Below, piece after piece: positions 28,265 to 36,809 of a stretch of DNA of 64,000 nt (the first letter of the stretch is position 1; every line of letters starts with the position of its first letter). The stretch covers positions 17,368 to 81,367 of the forward strand of contig JBGPDL010000001.1 in assembly GCA_041482275.1 (NCBI GenBank), in the 5' to 3' direction. The DNA comes from Gemmatimonadota bacterium (lineage in GTDB: Bacteria > Gemmatimonadota > Gemmatimonadetes > Gemmatimonadales > GWC2-71-9). The position numbers and the translations under genes were made by a program. The notes under the pieces were generated by a model that saw only the letters and a program-made list of their open reading frames with translations, was not told where the DNA came from and ran no database searches.

Positions 28265-28882
28265 CTAGCCCCGGCGGGCCAGGGCGACGAGGGCGAGCGC
28301 CGCGAGGACGAGAGTGAAGGCGCCGCCCACGGCCACCGGGAGCGCGAGCGGCGCCCCGGCGAGACGCACCACCGTCGCCACCACGACGGTAGCCACGACG
28401 GCCGGGAGGGTCCGGCGCACCAGCGTCGCCTCACGGCGCGCGGCGCCGCCCGCCGTGACGATCGCGCCCATCCACGCGATGAACGTACCCAGCATCCACC
28501 AGACGGGGAGATACCACCACGTGCTGCCGCCGCCGATCGCGTCCCACGTCCAGGGGTACGCCTTGAAGGGGCGGAGCAGCGCGATATCGATCGCGCTGAA
28601 CACCACGGTGCCCACGAAACCCACGGCCGCCGCGCCCGCGATGCCCTCGACGCCGCGCGCGGCTGTCCAGAGACCGGGAAGAAATCCGGCAGCGACCCCC
28701 CCCGCCAACACGATGAGGGCCTCCACCCCGCCCCGCAGGCCACCCAAGTCCGGTATCAGCCGCGACGCGGCGACGAACAGCACAACCGCCACACCGGTCG
28801 CGACGCCGAGCTTGGCGCCACTCGTGGTGACGGTACGGAAATCCGAACGGTCCGACGCCAAGGGTGCCGCGGTGGCCGACAT
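28265..28882 (-). CDS. Polytopic membrane protein, unknown
   Basis: Track ORF 28265..29317, trimmed to ATG 28882 (MSATAAPLASDRSDFR...), with AAGGAG 8 nt upstream. About 6 hydrophobic segments. Confidence 0.5.
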   Translation of the reverse strand: MSATAAPLASDRSDFRTVTTSGAKLGVATGVAVVLFVAASRLIPDLGGLRGGVEALIVLAGGVAAGFLPGLWTAARGVEGIAGAAAVGFVGTVVFSAIDIALLRPFKAYPWTWDAIGGGSTWWYLPVWWMLGTFIAWMGAIVTAGGAARREATLVRRTLPAVVATVVVATVVRLAGAPLALPVAVGGAFTLVLAALALVALARRG

Positions 28883-28920
28883 GCCTCGTGTCTCCTTGCC
28901 GGAAAGGGGGCCCGATGTGA

Positions 28921-28948
28921 AATCTAAGCGCGCCGTCTCACCGGGCAA
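28921..28948 (-). promoter_or_regulatory. Candidate internal promoter
   Basis: Minus strand reads TTGCCC (28948-28943), a 16-nt spacer, then TAGATT (28926-28921), followed by a ~30-nt leader with an AGGAG SD before ATG 28882. The -35 is weak. Confidence 0.35.
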
Positions 28949-29858
28949 ACACCAGAAGCACCGCGATATCGGTGACGGCCCATGCGGCCAGCGCCCGATA
29001 CATGCGGCGTTGCTGGTCTGCCGCCGAGAGCGACGCGCGCCGCCGATACCATGGCGCGAGCACGGCGAGCCAGGCGACGAGCGGCACCACAAGCAACCAC
29101 GCCCGTACCTGCAGGACCGCCACCGCCCAGCCGAACAACGCGAACGCCGCCAGCGTGCACGCAATCGCGACGCCCAGGCTCGCGCGGAGCCCCAAGAGCA
29201 GGGCCAGCGTCCGGTCGCCGCGGCGGCGGTCTTCCTCCATTTGATACAGCTGGGTGAGCGGATAGAGCCCCGCGAACAGCGGGCAGAAGCCCAGCAGCAC
29301 GAGCGCGTGACCCACATCGAGGGTCCGCCCGGTGGCCGCCCACGCCGCGAACGGCGTCAGCGTCCCGAATCCCCACATGTTGATCAGCCAATCGACCCCG
29401 GCCATGGCCTTGAAGCGAAATGGCGGCACCGAGTACAGGACCGACAGAACAAAGCAAATCCCGTAGGCAACCCGAAACGCCGGGGCAAGCGCGAAGGCGA
29501 GGATCTGGCCGCCCGCCAGGAGCGCCACACTGAAGCCGAGGAGATGGCGGGGCAAGGGCGGCGGCGCGTTCAGGTAGCCGATGTCGCCCTCGTCCTTGTC
29601 GAAGACCGAGTTGATCGCCAGCGTGCCGCCGTTCAGAAACACGACCCAGATCACGAGCGCTGCCAGCGCCGGAAACAACCGCTCTCCGCTCGCCGCTCCC
29701 TTGATGCCCACCGCCAGGACGTACCCCAGCGCCGTATGCGCGGCCATGATCGGCCACTCGGCGGGGCGCATGTGCAGCACGTAGGAGAAGAGATCGCCCG
29801 GCAGAAGCCGGTAGCCCCACCGGCGCCAGGCGTTCAACCCACGCGCATCGGCTACCAT
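28938..29858 (-). CDS. UbiA-family prenyltransferase (substrate unknown)
   Basis: Track ORF 28938..30002, trimmed to ATG 29858 (MVADARGLNAWRRWGYRLLPGDLFSYVLHMRP...). Asp-rich motifs NSVFDKDEGD and YQMEEDRRRGDRT. About 8-9 TM segments. Confidence 0.7.
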   Translation of the reverse strand: MVADARGLNAWRRWGYRLLPGDLFSYVLHMRPAEWPIMAAHTALGYVLAVGIKGAASGERLFPALAALVIWVVFLNGGTLAINSVFDKDEGDIGYLNAPPPLPRHLLGFSVALLAGGQILAFALAPAFRVAYGICFVLSVLYSVPPFRFKAMAGVDWLINMWGFGTLTPFAAWAATGRTLDVGHALVLLGFCPLFAGLYPLTQLYQMEEDRRRGDRTLALLLGLRASLGVAIACTLAAFALFGWAVAVLQVRAWLLVVPLVAWLAVLAPWYRRRASLSAADQQRRMYRALAAWAVTDIAVLLVFAR

Positions 29859-30631
29859 TTCAAACCGAGCGCCGTGGCGGCGATGCGAAGCCCTGTCAAG
29901 GTGAGGTCGGGATGCACCGATTCGATCTCGCGCACCAGCGGCGCGACGAGGCTCGCGAGTCCCCCCGTGGCGATGACCTGAGGCGTCGAGCCGTTTGGCC
30001 ATTCGGCCTTGATGCGGCGCACGATCCCGTCCACCGCGTCGGCCGTGCCGAGCAGCACGCCCGAGCGGATCGCCTCATCGGTGCGCCGTCCGATGGTGCG
30101 CGCCGGGGGCATCAGGTCTGTGGCGGGGAGCTTGGCGGTGCCGCGGATCAGCGCGTCCGCGGCGGTGCGGATACCGGGCATGATCACGCCGCCCAGGAAG
30201 TGGCCGTCGGCGGTGATGCAGTCGAACGTGGTGGCGGTGCCGAAATCCACCACGATCGTATCGCGCCGGAACAGCTCCGCGGCGGCGAGTGTGTTGAGAA
30301 TGCGATCCGCCCCCACCTGCAGCGGCTCTTCGACATCGAGCGTGATCGGCAGCGGCGAGCGGCCGTCCACCACCACGGGCCGCACGGTGGTGGCGCGCTC
30401 CACCGCCTCGCACAGCCCCTGGGTGACGGGCGGTACAACCGAGGCGATCACTGCGGCGCGCACTTCCTGCGTTGATCGGCCTTCCTGCGCCAGGTAGGAC
30501 GTGAGCGCGGCCGCCCACTCGTCCGGTGTGCGGGACGGCGTGGTCGTGAGCCGCCAGTGGGACTCGAGGCTGTCGCCCCGGAACAGCCCGACTTTCGTCT
30601 CCGTGTTGTTGATGTTGATGGCGAGGAGCAT
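29852..30631 (-). CDS. coaX: Type III pantothenate kinase
   Basis: Track ORF 29852..30922, trimmed to ATG 30631 (MLLAININNTETKVGLF...VDFGTATTFD...GGVIMPG...IATGGLA). 259 aa. Confidence 0.9.
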   Translation of the reverse strand: MLLAININNTETKVGLFRGDSLESHWRLTTTPSRTPDEWAAALTSYLAQEGRSTQEVRAAVIASVVPPVTQGLCEAVERATTVRPVVVDGRSPLPITLDVEEPLQVGADRILNTLAAAELFRRDTIVVDFGTATTFDCITADGHFLGGVIMPGIRTAADALIRGTAKLPATDLMPPARTIGRRTDEAIRSGVLLGTADAVDGIVRRIKAEWPNGSTPQVIATGGLASLVAPLVREIESVHPDLTLTGLRIAATALGLKW

Positions 30632-30666
30632 AGCGCCGCTAAGATAGACGGTCACCCCGAAGGACG

Positions 30667-31422
30667 CTACGCGAGCTCCACGTGCCCCTCGCGCACGGCG
30701 ATGGTGGTAGCACCGAGGTCCACGAGCAACGCCCCATCGGGACGGAGACCGCGCGCCCGTCCGACGGCGGGCGCCCGGAGCTCGCGACCGTGGAGCCAGT
30801 CGCGCGCGGCGAAGGCCGCGCACTCCTGGTCGGAGAGCGCCGGCTCGCGCGACGCGAGTTCCCGCGCAAGCGCCGGGACGAGGCGATCCAGGAGATCGAG
30901 GCGCCGCACCGCAGGAAGCCACTCGACCAGCGACACCGCCCCGCGCGCGACCTCCGCGGGGATCGCGTTACACACATTCACGCCCACGCCGACCGCCAGC
31001 CAGTGCAGCGCCGCGCCGTGCCACCGGCCCTCGCACAGGATGCCGGCGAGTTTGCGATCACCCAGCAGCACGTCGTTGGGCCACTTGAGGCGCGTTTCGG
31101 CTCGGCCCAGCAGGGCGTCCACTGCGTCCGCCACGGCGAGCCCCACCCGCACGGCCATGGCGGAGAGCTCGGCGCGCTCCGGACGAAGCAGCACGCCAAG
31201 CCATGCCCCGCCCGCCGGCGAGTGCCACGTGCGCCCGTCGCGCCCCCGCCCCGCCGTCTGCTGCTCGGCAATCACCACGCTGCCAGCGGGTGCGCCCTGC
31301 GCGCCGAGCTCGTGCACGGCGTTGAGCGTGGAGTCGAGCTGACGGAACAGCCCGCACTGCGGGACGTCCCAGCGCCGAGCCAGGTCGGCGGCGGGCACGC
31401 CGTCGAGCGCTAGCCGCGCCAC
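30667..31422 (-). CDS. birA: Biotin--[acetyl-CoA-carboxylase] ligase
   Basis: Track ORF 30667..32481, trimmed to GTG 31422; the start is uncertain by a few codons. AEQQTAGRGRDGRTWHSPAGG...KWPNDVL...GILCE are BPL motifs. Confidence 0.85.
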   Translation of the reverse strand: MARLALDGVPAADLARRWDVPQCGLFRQLDSTLNAVHELGAQGAPAGSVVIAEQQTAGRGRDGRTWHSPAGGAWLGVLLRPERAELSAMAVRVGLAVADAVDALLGRAETRLKWPNDVLLGDRKLAGILCEGRWHGAALHWLAVGVGVNVCNAIPAEVARGAVSLVEWLPAVRRLDLLDRLVPALARELASREPALSDQECAAFAARDWLHGRELRAPAVGRARGLRPDGALLVDLGATTIAVREGHVELA

Positions 31423-32192
31423 AGCGCGTACACGATGGTGAGGATCCCGACGGTCCAGTTGTAGGGCGCGAACGCGTAGAAGCGGCCCCGCTTGAGCAGC
31501 GCCACGAGAAACCGGATCGACCAGATCCCGCTCGCGAACGCGAGAGCGAAGCTCACCACGAGCGGCGCGGCGCCGACCGCCGCAACGTTCACCGCCATAT
31601 GCCGCCCTTCGATCAGCGCGGCGCCCGCGATGACCGGAATCGCCAGGAGGAAGCTGAACTCCGCCGCCGGGACCGGCCCGAGCCTGCCCCACAACGCCGC
31701 ACACACCGTCGACCCGGAGCGTGAGACTCCACGAAACACGGCCGCGAGCGCCTGCGCGAAGCCGATCCCCACGGCGGCCCCGACCGTGGGCTGAGAGAGG
31801 TCGCCCGCGAGCCGTCGCGTGGACCAATTCATGAACCCCGTCAGCACGAAGCCCATCCCCACAACCACCAGCGATGCAGCTGCCTCCACTTGACGATGGA
31901 AGAGCACGCCGACGACGCCCGCCGGGAGCGTGGCGAGCACGAGGAGGCCGGCCATCCGGAGCTCCGCGGGTCGCCGCGCCACGACGCCGCGCGCGATCGC
32001 CCAGAGACGCGGCCCGTACATCACCAGAACGGACCCCAGGGTGGCCACGTGGAGTACGACCTCCACAAAGACCCCCGGCGTGCGCACACCGGTCACCACC
32101 TCGAGCACTCTCAGGTGTCCCGAGCTGGAGACTGGCAAGAATTCCGTGAGGCCTTGGACCAGTCCGAGGACGACTCCCTGCCAGAGCGTCAC
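31410..32192 (-). CDS. uppP: Undecaprenyl-diphosphate phosphatase
   Basis: 260 aa. GLTEFLPVSSSGHL and RSGST are BacA/UppP motifs. The GTG start forms a GTGA overlap. Confidence 0.9.
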   Translation of the reverse strand: MTLWQGVVLGLVQGLTEFLPVSSSGHLRVLEVVTGVRTPGVFVEVVLHVATLGSVLVMYGPRLWAIARGVVARRPAELRMAGLLVLATLPAGVVGVLFHRQVEAAASLVVVGMGFVLTGFMNWSTRRLAGDLSQPTVGAAVGIGFAQALAAVFRGVSRSGSTVCAALWGRLGPVPAAEFSFLLAIPVIAGAALIEGRHMAVNVAAVGAAPLVVSFALAFASGIWSIRFLVALLKRGRFYAFAPYNWTVGILTIVYALWRG

Positions 32193-33013
32193 GCGACCCG
32201 CCCCGCCACCAGCGCCACGATCCCCACGAGCATCGCTCCTTTGAGGATGACACTGTTGCCCCGCGTGCGTCCGCTGAAGAGCCGGCTCGCGACCGCCAGC
32301 ACCGCGAGCTGGGCGAACAGGGCGACGAGAAAGTAGGCGCCGCCGTAATGCGCCTGGGCGGGCAGCGCGAGCGACAGCGGCACGAACGTCGCGGCGAGCG
32401 TCGCCGCGACCACCGCGGCGCGCCGGGCACCGAGCACGATCGGCAGGGTGCGGCGCCCGAGGGCCCGGTCGCCTGCCTCATCGTCCAAGTCTTTCACGAT
32501 CTCGCGCAGCAAATGGATCCATGCCGCCAGGGTCCACGGAACGAGGCCCGCGGCCGCGCGGCCCACGGCAAGGGCGCCGTACATGAGCGGCAGGCCGGCG
32601 ATGAGCGCGACGGCGATGTTGCCGGGGAAACCCCACCGTTTGAGCACGGGCGAGTACACCGCCATGACCGCGAGCGCCGCGCCCCCCACGAACACCGCCG
32701 TCCCGCTCACGAGCGCCGCGGCGCCGAGGCCGAGCAGCGTCCCGCCTGCCACGCAAAGGTCCGCCGTGCCGCGCGCCAGCCGGCCTGTCGCGAGGGGCCG
32801 CTCCCCGCCCGGCCGGTTGACGCGGTCCGCCGCGCCATCCCAGATGTCGTTGAGCGCGTTGCCGGCGGCGCCGAACCCGACGGCGGCGAGCGCGGCGAAC
32901 GCCAGCACGCTGGGCGTCGCGAGCGCCCCGAGCGCGATCCAGCCTCCGGCCAGCACGCCCGCCGCGGCGACGACGAGGTTGGGGAAGCGAACTAGCCGCA
33001 GCACGTCAAGCAC
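32189..33013 (-). CDS. UbiA-family prenyltransferase, resembling (di)geranylgeranylglyceryl-phosphate-synthase-type enzymes
   Basis: Track ORF 32189..33109, trimmed to GTG 33013 (alternative GTG 33002). Motifs GNALNDIWDGAADRVNRPGGERPLATG and REIVKDLDDEAGDRALGRRTLP. About 8 TM segments. Confidence 0.75.
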   Translation of the reverse strand: MLDVLRLVRFPNLVVAAAGVLAGGWIALGALATPSVLAFAALAAVGFGAAGNALNDIWDGAADRVNRPGGERPLATGRLARGTADLCVAGGTLLGLGAAALVSGTAVFVGGAALAVMAVYSPVLKRWGFPGNIAVALIAGLPLMYGALAVGRAAAGLVPWTLAAWIHLLREIVKDLDDEAGDRALGRRTLPIVLGARRAAVVAATLAATFVPLSLALPAQAHYGGAYFLVALFAQLAVLAVASRLFSGRTRGNSVILKGAMLVGIVALVAGRVA

Positions 33014-34133
33014 GCAGCACGTCCTCGTACAGCCGCTCGTAGCGCGGCACGACGCGCTCGGCGGCGAACTCCAGCGCCCGGCGTGCCGCCGCCTCCCGCA
33101 GCCGGGCATGCAGCGTCGCGTCGCGCAGCACGCGGACGGCGTGGGCGGTCATCGCGGCCACGTCTCCGACGGGCGCGAGGAACCCCGTTTGCCCGTCCGT
33201 CACGACCTCCGGCAAGCCTCCCACCGCGCTCGCCACGACCGGCACCGCGCACGCCATGGCCTCGAGCGCGGCGAGCCCGAACGACTCGGTCTGGGACGGC
33301 AGCAGGAATAGGTCGGCACCCCGCAGGATGTCGCCGACGTGATCCACTTTGCCGAGGAAGCGGACGTCGCGCTGCAGCGTGAGGCGATCGACCTCCTGCT
33401 CCGCGGCGTCGCGCTCGGGGCCGTCCCCAACGAGCACGAGCGTGGCCGGAATCTCGCTCCGCACCCCCGCGAACACGCGCACGACGTCGGTCACCCGCTT
33501 CACCGGCCGGAAGTTCGACACGTGCACGAGCACCTTGTGGTCCGCGGGGGCGAGCGAGCGGCGGCAGGTCGCGTCGGTCGGGGGGTGATATTCCGCCGTC
33601 GAGATGAAGTTGGGGATCACCGTGACGTCGCACCCATCGCATCCGAACGCGCGGTACGTCTCTTCCCGCAGGAACTGCGACACCGCGGTCACGCGGTCCG
33701 ACTGCTCGATCGAGAACTTGGTGAGCGTGTAGTACGACGGGTCCTGCCCCACGAGCGTGATGTCGGTGCCGTGCAACGTGGTCACGAGCTTCAGGTCCCG
33801 CTCCTCCTTGAGCATCTGCTTCGCCAGCCAGGCCGTGGCGGCGTGCGGGATCGCGTAATGCACGTGCATGAGGTCGAGCTTCTCGCGCATCGCCACCTCA
33901 TGCTGCTTCACCGCCAGCGCCAGCGCGTACGGCGACGACTGCTCGAACAGGGGGTACTCGGTCTGGGTGACCTCGTGAACCGTCACCCGCTCGGCGTACC
34001 CCCGGAGCCGAAACGGACTGGCGTAAGAGATGAAGTGCACCTCGTGCCCCCGGCGGGCGAGCTCGAGGCCTAGCTCGGTGGCGACGGCGCCGGAGCCGCC
34101 GTAGGTCGGGTAGCAGGTAATCCCGATGCGCAT
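33006..34133 (-). CDS. bshA: GT4 glycosyltransferase resembling BshA (N-acetylglucosaminyl-malate synthase, bacillithiol pathway)
   Basis: Track ORF 33006..34244, trimmed to ATG 34133. [37 protein letters not shown]... and the C-terminal [18 protein letters not shown] match my recollection of BshA. The symbol is tentative. Confidence 0.65.
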   Translation of the reverse strand: MRIGITCYPTYGGSGAVATELGLELARRGHEVHFISYASPFRLRGYAERVTVHEVTQTEYPLFEQSSPYALALAVKQHEVAMREKLDLMHVHYAIPHAATAWLAKQMLKEERDLKLVTTLHGTDITLVGQDPSYYTLTKFSIEQSDRVTAVSQFLREETYRAFGCDGCDVTVIPNFISTAEYHPPTDATCRRSLAPADHKVLVHVSNFRPVKRVTDVVRVFAGVRSEIPATLVLVGDGPERDAAEQEVDRLTLQRDVRFLGKVDHVGDILRGADLFLLPSQTESFGLAALEAMACAVPVVASAVGGLPEVVTDGQTGFLAPVGDVAAMTAHAVRVLRDATLHARLREAAARRALEFAAERVVPRYERLYEDVLRA

Positions 34134-34135
34134 CC

Positions 34136-35128
34136 TCAGCTCCGCCCAGTCGTGAGCGAGGAGCGGGGAGCGGTACGTCCCCGCCAGCGAGCCGCAATCC
34201 GATCCGCCAGGACCTGCGGCTCCTCGCTGGCGTCGAGCGGCCACACCTCAACAGAACCGCTCCCCGCTCCCCGCTCCCCCCGTAGTTGGTGTTTGAACCA
34301 CGTCTCCTGCCGCTTCGCATACCGCCGGGTCGCCACGCTGATGGCGTCGCGCAACGCGCGCTCCGGCAACCGTCCCGCGAGCATCGCGCTGACCTCCCGG
34401 TATCCCACGCCGTCCAACCCCGGCGCATCGGGTGCCACGCCGGTCGCGAGCACCCGGCGTACCTCGTCCACGAGCCCGGCGGCGAGCATCCCGTCCACGC
34501 GCTCCGCGATACGCCGCTGCAGCACGTCCCGCGGCAGGGTGAGATGAATGTACCAGGGCCGCATCGCTCCGGTCTCGCGCGCGTGTTGCTGCCACCAGCT
34601 GAGGCCGCGTCCGGTCAAGAGCGCCACTTCCACCGCGCGCGCGGCCCGCTGGCGCCCGCCTCCGCCGTAGCGCCGGTCGAGCCGCGCCGCCCAGTGCGCG
34701 AGCCGTGCCGCAGGCACCGCCGCCGTCCAGGCGCGCAACCGCTCGCGCCGCCCGGCGTCGAGCGGCGGCTCTCGGAACAGCCCGTCTGCCAACGCGCGCA
34801 CGTACAGACCGGTTCCGCCCACGACCACCGGCTGGCGCCCGGCGGCCCGGATCTGCTCGAGCCACTGCGCCGCGTCGGCGGCGAACCGGCCGGCGCTGTA
34901 GCGCACACCCGGCTCCACCAGGTCGAGCCCCACGTGGGGCACCACCGCGAGCACGGCGCGGGACGGCTTCGCGGTCCCGACGTCCAGGCCGCGGTATACC
35001 TGCCGCGCATCGGCAGACACGACTGTGATCGACTCGTGCAACGCCCACGCCGCGGCGACGGCCGTCTTGCCGACGGCCGTCGGGCCGACGAGGACGGGCG
35101 TCAACCGCCCGGGGTCAGCTCCGTCCAA
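34136..35128 (-). CDS. miaA: tRNA dimethylallyltransferase
   Basis: 330 aa from TTG 35128 (alternative TTG 35104). VLVGPTAVGKTAVA...VSADARQVYRGLDVGTAKPS. Confidence 0.9.
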   Translation of the reverse strand: MDGADPGRLTPVLVGPTAVGKTAVAAAWALHESITVVSADARQVYRGLDVGTAKPSRAVLAVVPHVGLDLVEPGVRYSAGRFAADAAQWLEQIRAAGRQPVVVGGTGLYVRALADGLFREPPLDAGRRERLRAWTAAVPAARLAHWAARLDRRYGGGGRQRAARAVEVALLTGRGLSWWQQHARETGAMRPWYIHLTLPRDVLQRRIAERVDGMLAAGLVDEVRRVLATGVAPDAPGLDGVGYREVSAMLAGRLPERALRDAISVATRRYAKRQETWFKHQLRGERGAGSGSVEVWPLDASEEPQVLADRIAARWRGRTAPRSSLTTGRS

Positions 35129-36809
35129 ACCGCCGCTCCAGCTCGTCCCGGGGCAACTGCACCACGGTGGGCCGGCCGTGGACGTCGTGCGCCGGCAACG
35201 TAGTGGCGAGCAGCCGCGTCACGAGCTCGCGCATCTCGTCGGGGTCGAGCCGTTGACCCGCCTTGATGGCGGCGCGACAGGCATAGGTCGCCGCGAACCG
35301 CTCCAGCCGATTGGCCCAGCCGCCGAACCGGCCGCCGGCCAGATCGGCCACGAGCTCGCCGAGGCAGCGTGCCGCATCGAAGCGGGGATGGGGATTCGGC
35401 GCCGTGTGGACCACCACCGCACGTCCCGAGAACGGCTCCACTTCGTACCCCACGCGCCGCAGCAGCTCGCGATTGGCCTCGATCGCTTCGAGCTCGGGCG
35501 CCGTGAACTCGAGCGTGAGCGGCAACAGCAGCCGTTGCGCTGGGGCGCCGTCGCCCGTGAGCTGACGCAGCGCCCGCTCGTACAACACCCGCTCGTGCGC
35601 GGAGTGCTGGTCCACGATCGCTATCCCCGCGTCGGTCTGGAAGACGATATAGGTGTCGAAGACCTGAAGGAGAGGCGCCAGGTGTTGGGGACCAGGTGCG
35701 TAGGGCTCCGCGCGAAACAGCTCACCGGGCTCGCCCGCAGGCATCACAGCGCCCAAGCCGATCCAATCGCCCCCGGCACCTGGTAGCGGCCCCGCGACAC
35801 CTCCCAGCGGAGCGGCGGCGGCCAGTGGCCCCAGCGCCCGCTGCACGGCCCCTGCCACGACCTTCTCCACGAAAAACTTGTCGCGGAAGCGCACCTCGAG
35901 CTTCGCGGGGTGGACGTTCACGTCCACCGCGTCGCCCGGCAGGTCCAAGAACAGGAGGAGCGACGGACGGTCGCCCGGGGCGATGGTCGAGCGGTAGCCC
36001 GCCTCGGCGGCGCGGAGGATGAAGGGATCGCGGATGGGACGGCCCCGGACGAACACGTGTCCCTTGCGGCCCGCCGGCTTGGCCTGCGCGGGGCGCTGGG
36101 CGAAACCCCGCACCTCGAGCGGTCCCTCGCGGTGAGCGATCGGTACGAGGGTGTCCGCGAGCTCGCGGCCCCACAGCGCGTGCACGCGGTCGATGGGGCG
36201 CGTCGTAGGGCGCACGTCGATCAAGGAACGGTCGTCGCTCGTAAATGTGAACGCCACGTCGGGGCGCGCGAGCGCGAGCAGCGTGATCGCCTCGACGGCC
36301 GCCCGGGTCTCCGTCGCCTGGGCCCGCAGGAACTTGCGGCGGGCGGGCGTATTGAAGAACAGCCCTCGCACAGTCACCGTGGTGCCCTGTTGGCGCACGA
36401 TGTCGTCGACGCTCTCGCGCTTGCCACCCGTGCTGCGCAACCGGGTGCCGGCGCGGCCGTCAGGAGAGGTCTCGAGCTCGAACCGCGACACCGCCGCGAT
36501 GGCCGGCAGCGCTTCGCCGCGGAACCCGAAGGTCCCAACGCCGATCAGGTCCGCCGCTTCGCGGATCTTGCTCGTGGCGTGACGCGCCAGGGCGAGCTCC
36601 GCATCCGCGCGGATCATCCCGGACCCGTCGTCGCTCACGCGGATCAAACTTTTCCCCCCGTCGGCAATCTCCACGCGAATCGCTTGCGCGCCGGCGTCGA
36701 GCGCGTTCTCGACGAGCTCCTTCACGACCGATGCCGGCCGCTCGACCACTTCGCCGGCGGCGATCTGGTCTGCGACCTGTGGCGGCAGGACGGCAATGGC
36801 CGCCGTCAC
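35115..36809 (-). CDS. mutL: DNA mismatch repair protein MutL
   Basis: Track ORF 35115..36875, trimmed to GTG 36809 (GTGA overlap). IAVLPPQVADQIAAGEVVERPASVVKELVENALDAGA...DDGSGM. Confidence 0.9.
   Translation of the reverse strand: MTAAIAVLPPQVADQIAAGEVVERPASVVKELVENALDAGAQAIRVEIADGGKSLIRVSDDGSGMIRADAELALARHATSKIREAADLIGVGTFGFRGEALPAIAAVSRFELETSPDGRAGTRLRSTGGKRESVDDIVRQQGTTVTVRGLFFNTPARRKFLRAQATETRAAVEAITLLALARPDVAFTFTSDDRSLIDVRPTTRPIDRVHALWGRELADTLVPIAHREGPLEVRGFAQRPAQAKPAGRKGHVFVRGRPIRDPFILRAAEAGYRSTIAPGDRPSLLLFLDLPGDAVDVNVHPAKLEVRFRDKFFVEKVVAGAVQRALGPLAAAAPLGGVAGPLPGAGGDWIGLGAVMPAGEPGELFRAEPYAPGPQHLAPLLQVFDTYIVFQTDAGIAIVDQHSAHERVLYERALRQLTGDGAPAQRLLLPLTLEFTAPELEAIEANRELLRRVGYEVEPFSGRAVVVHTAPNPHPRFDAARCLGELVADLAGGRFGGWANRLERFAATYACRAAIKAGQRLDPDEMRELVTRLLATTLPAHDVHGRPTVVQLPRDELERRFGRS

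Noticed and set aside
33006-34133. A complete bacillithiol biosynthesis locus.
   Set aside because: Only a BshA-like glycosyltransferase is present. No BshB deacetylase or BshC is adjacent, so the pathway assignment stays tentative.
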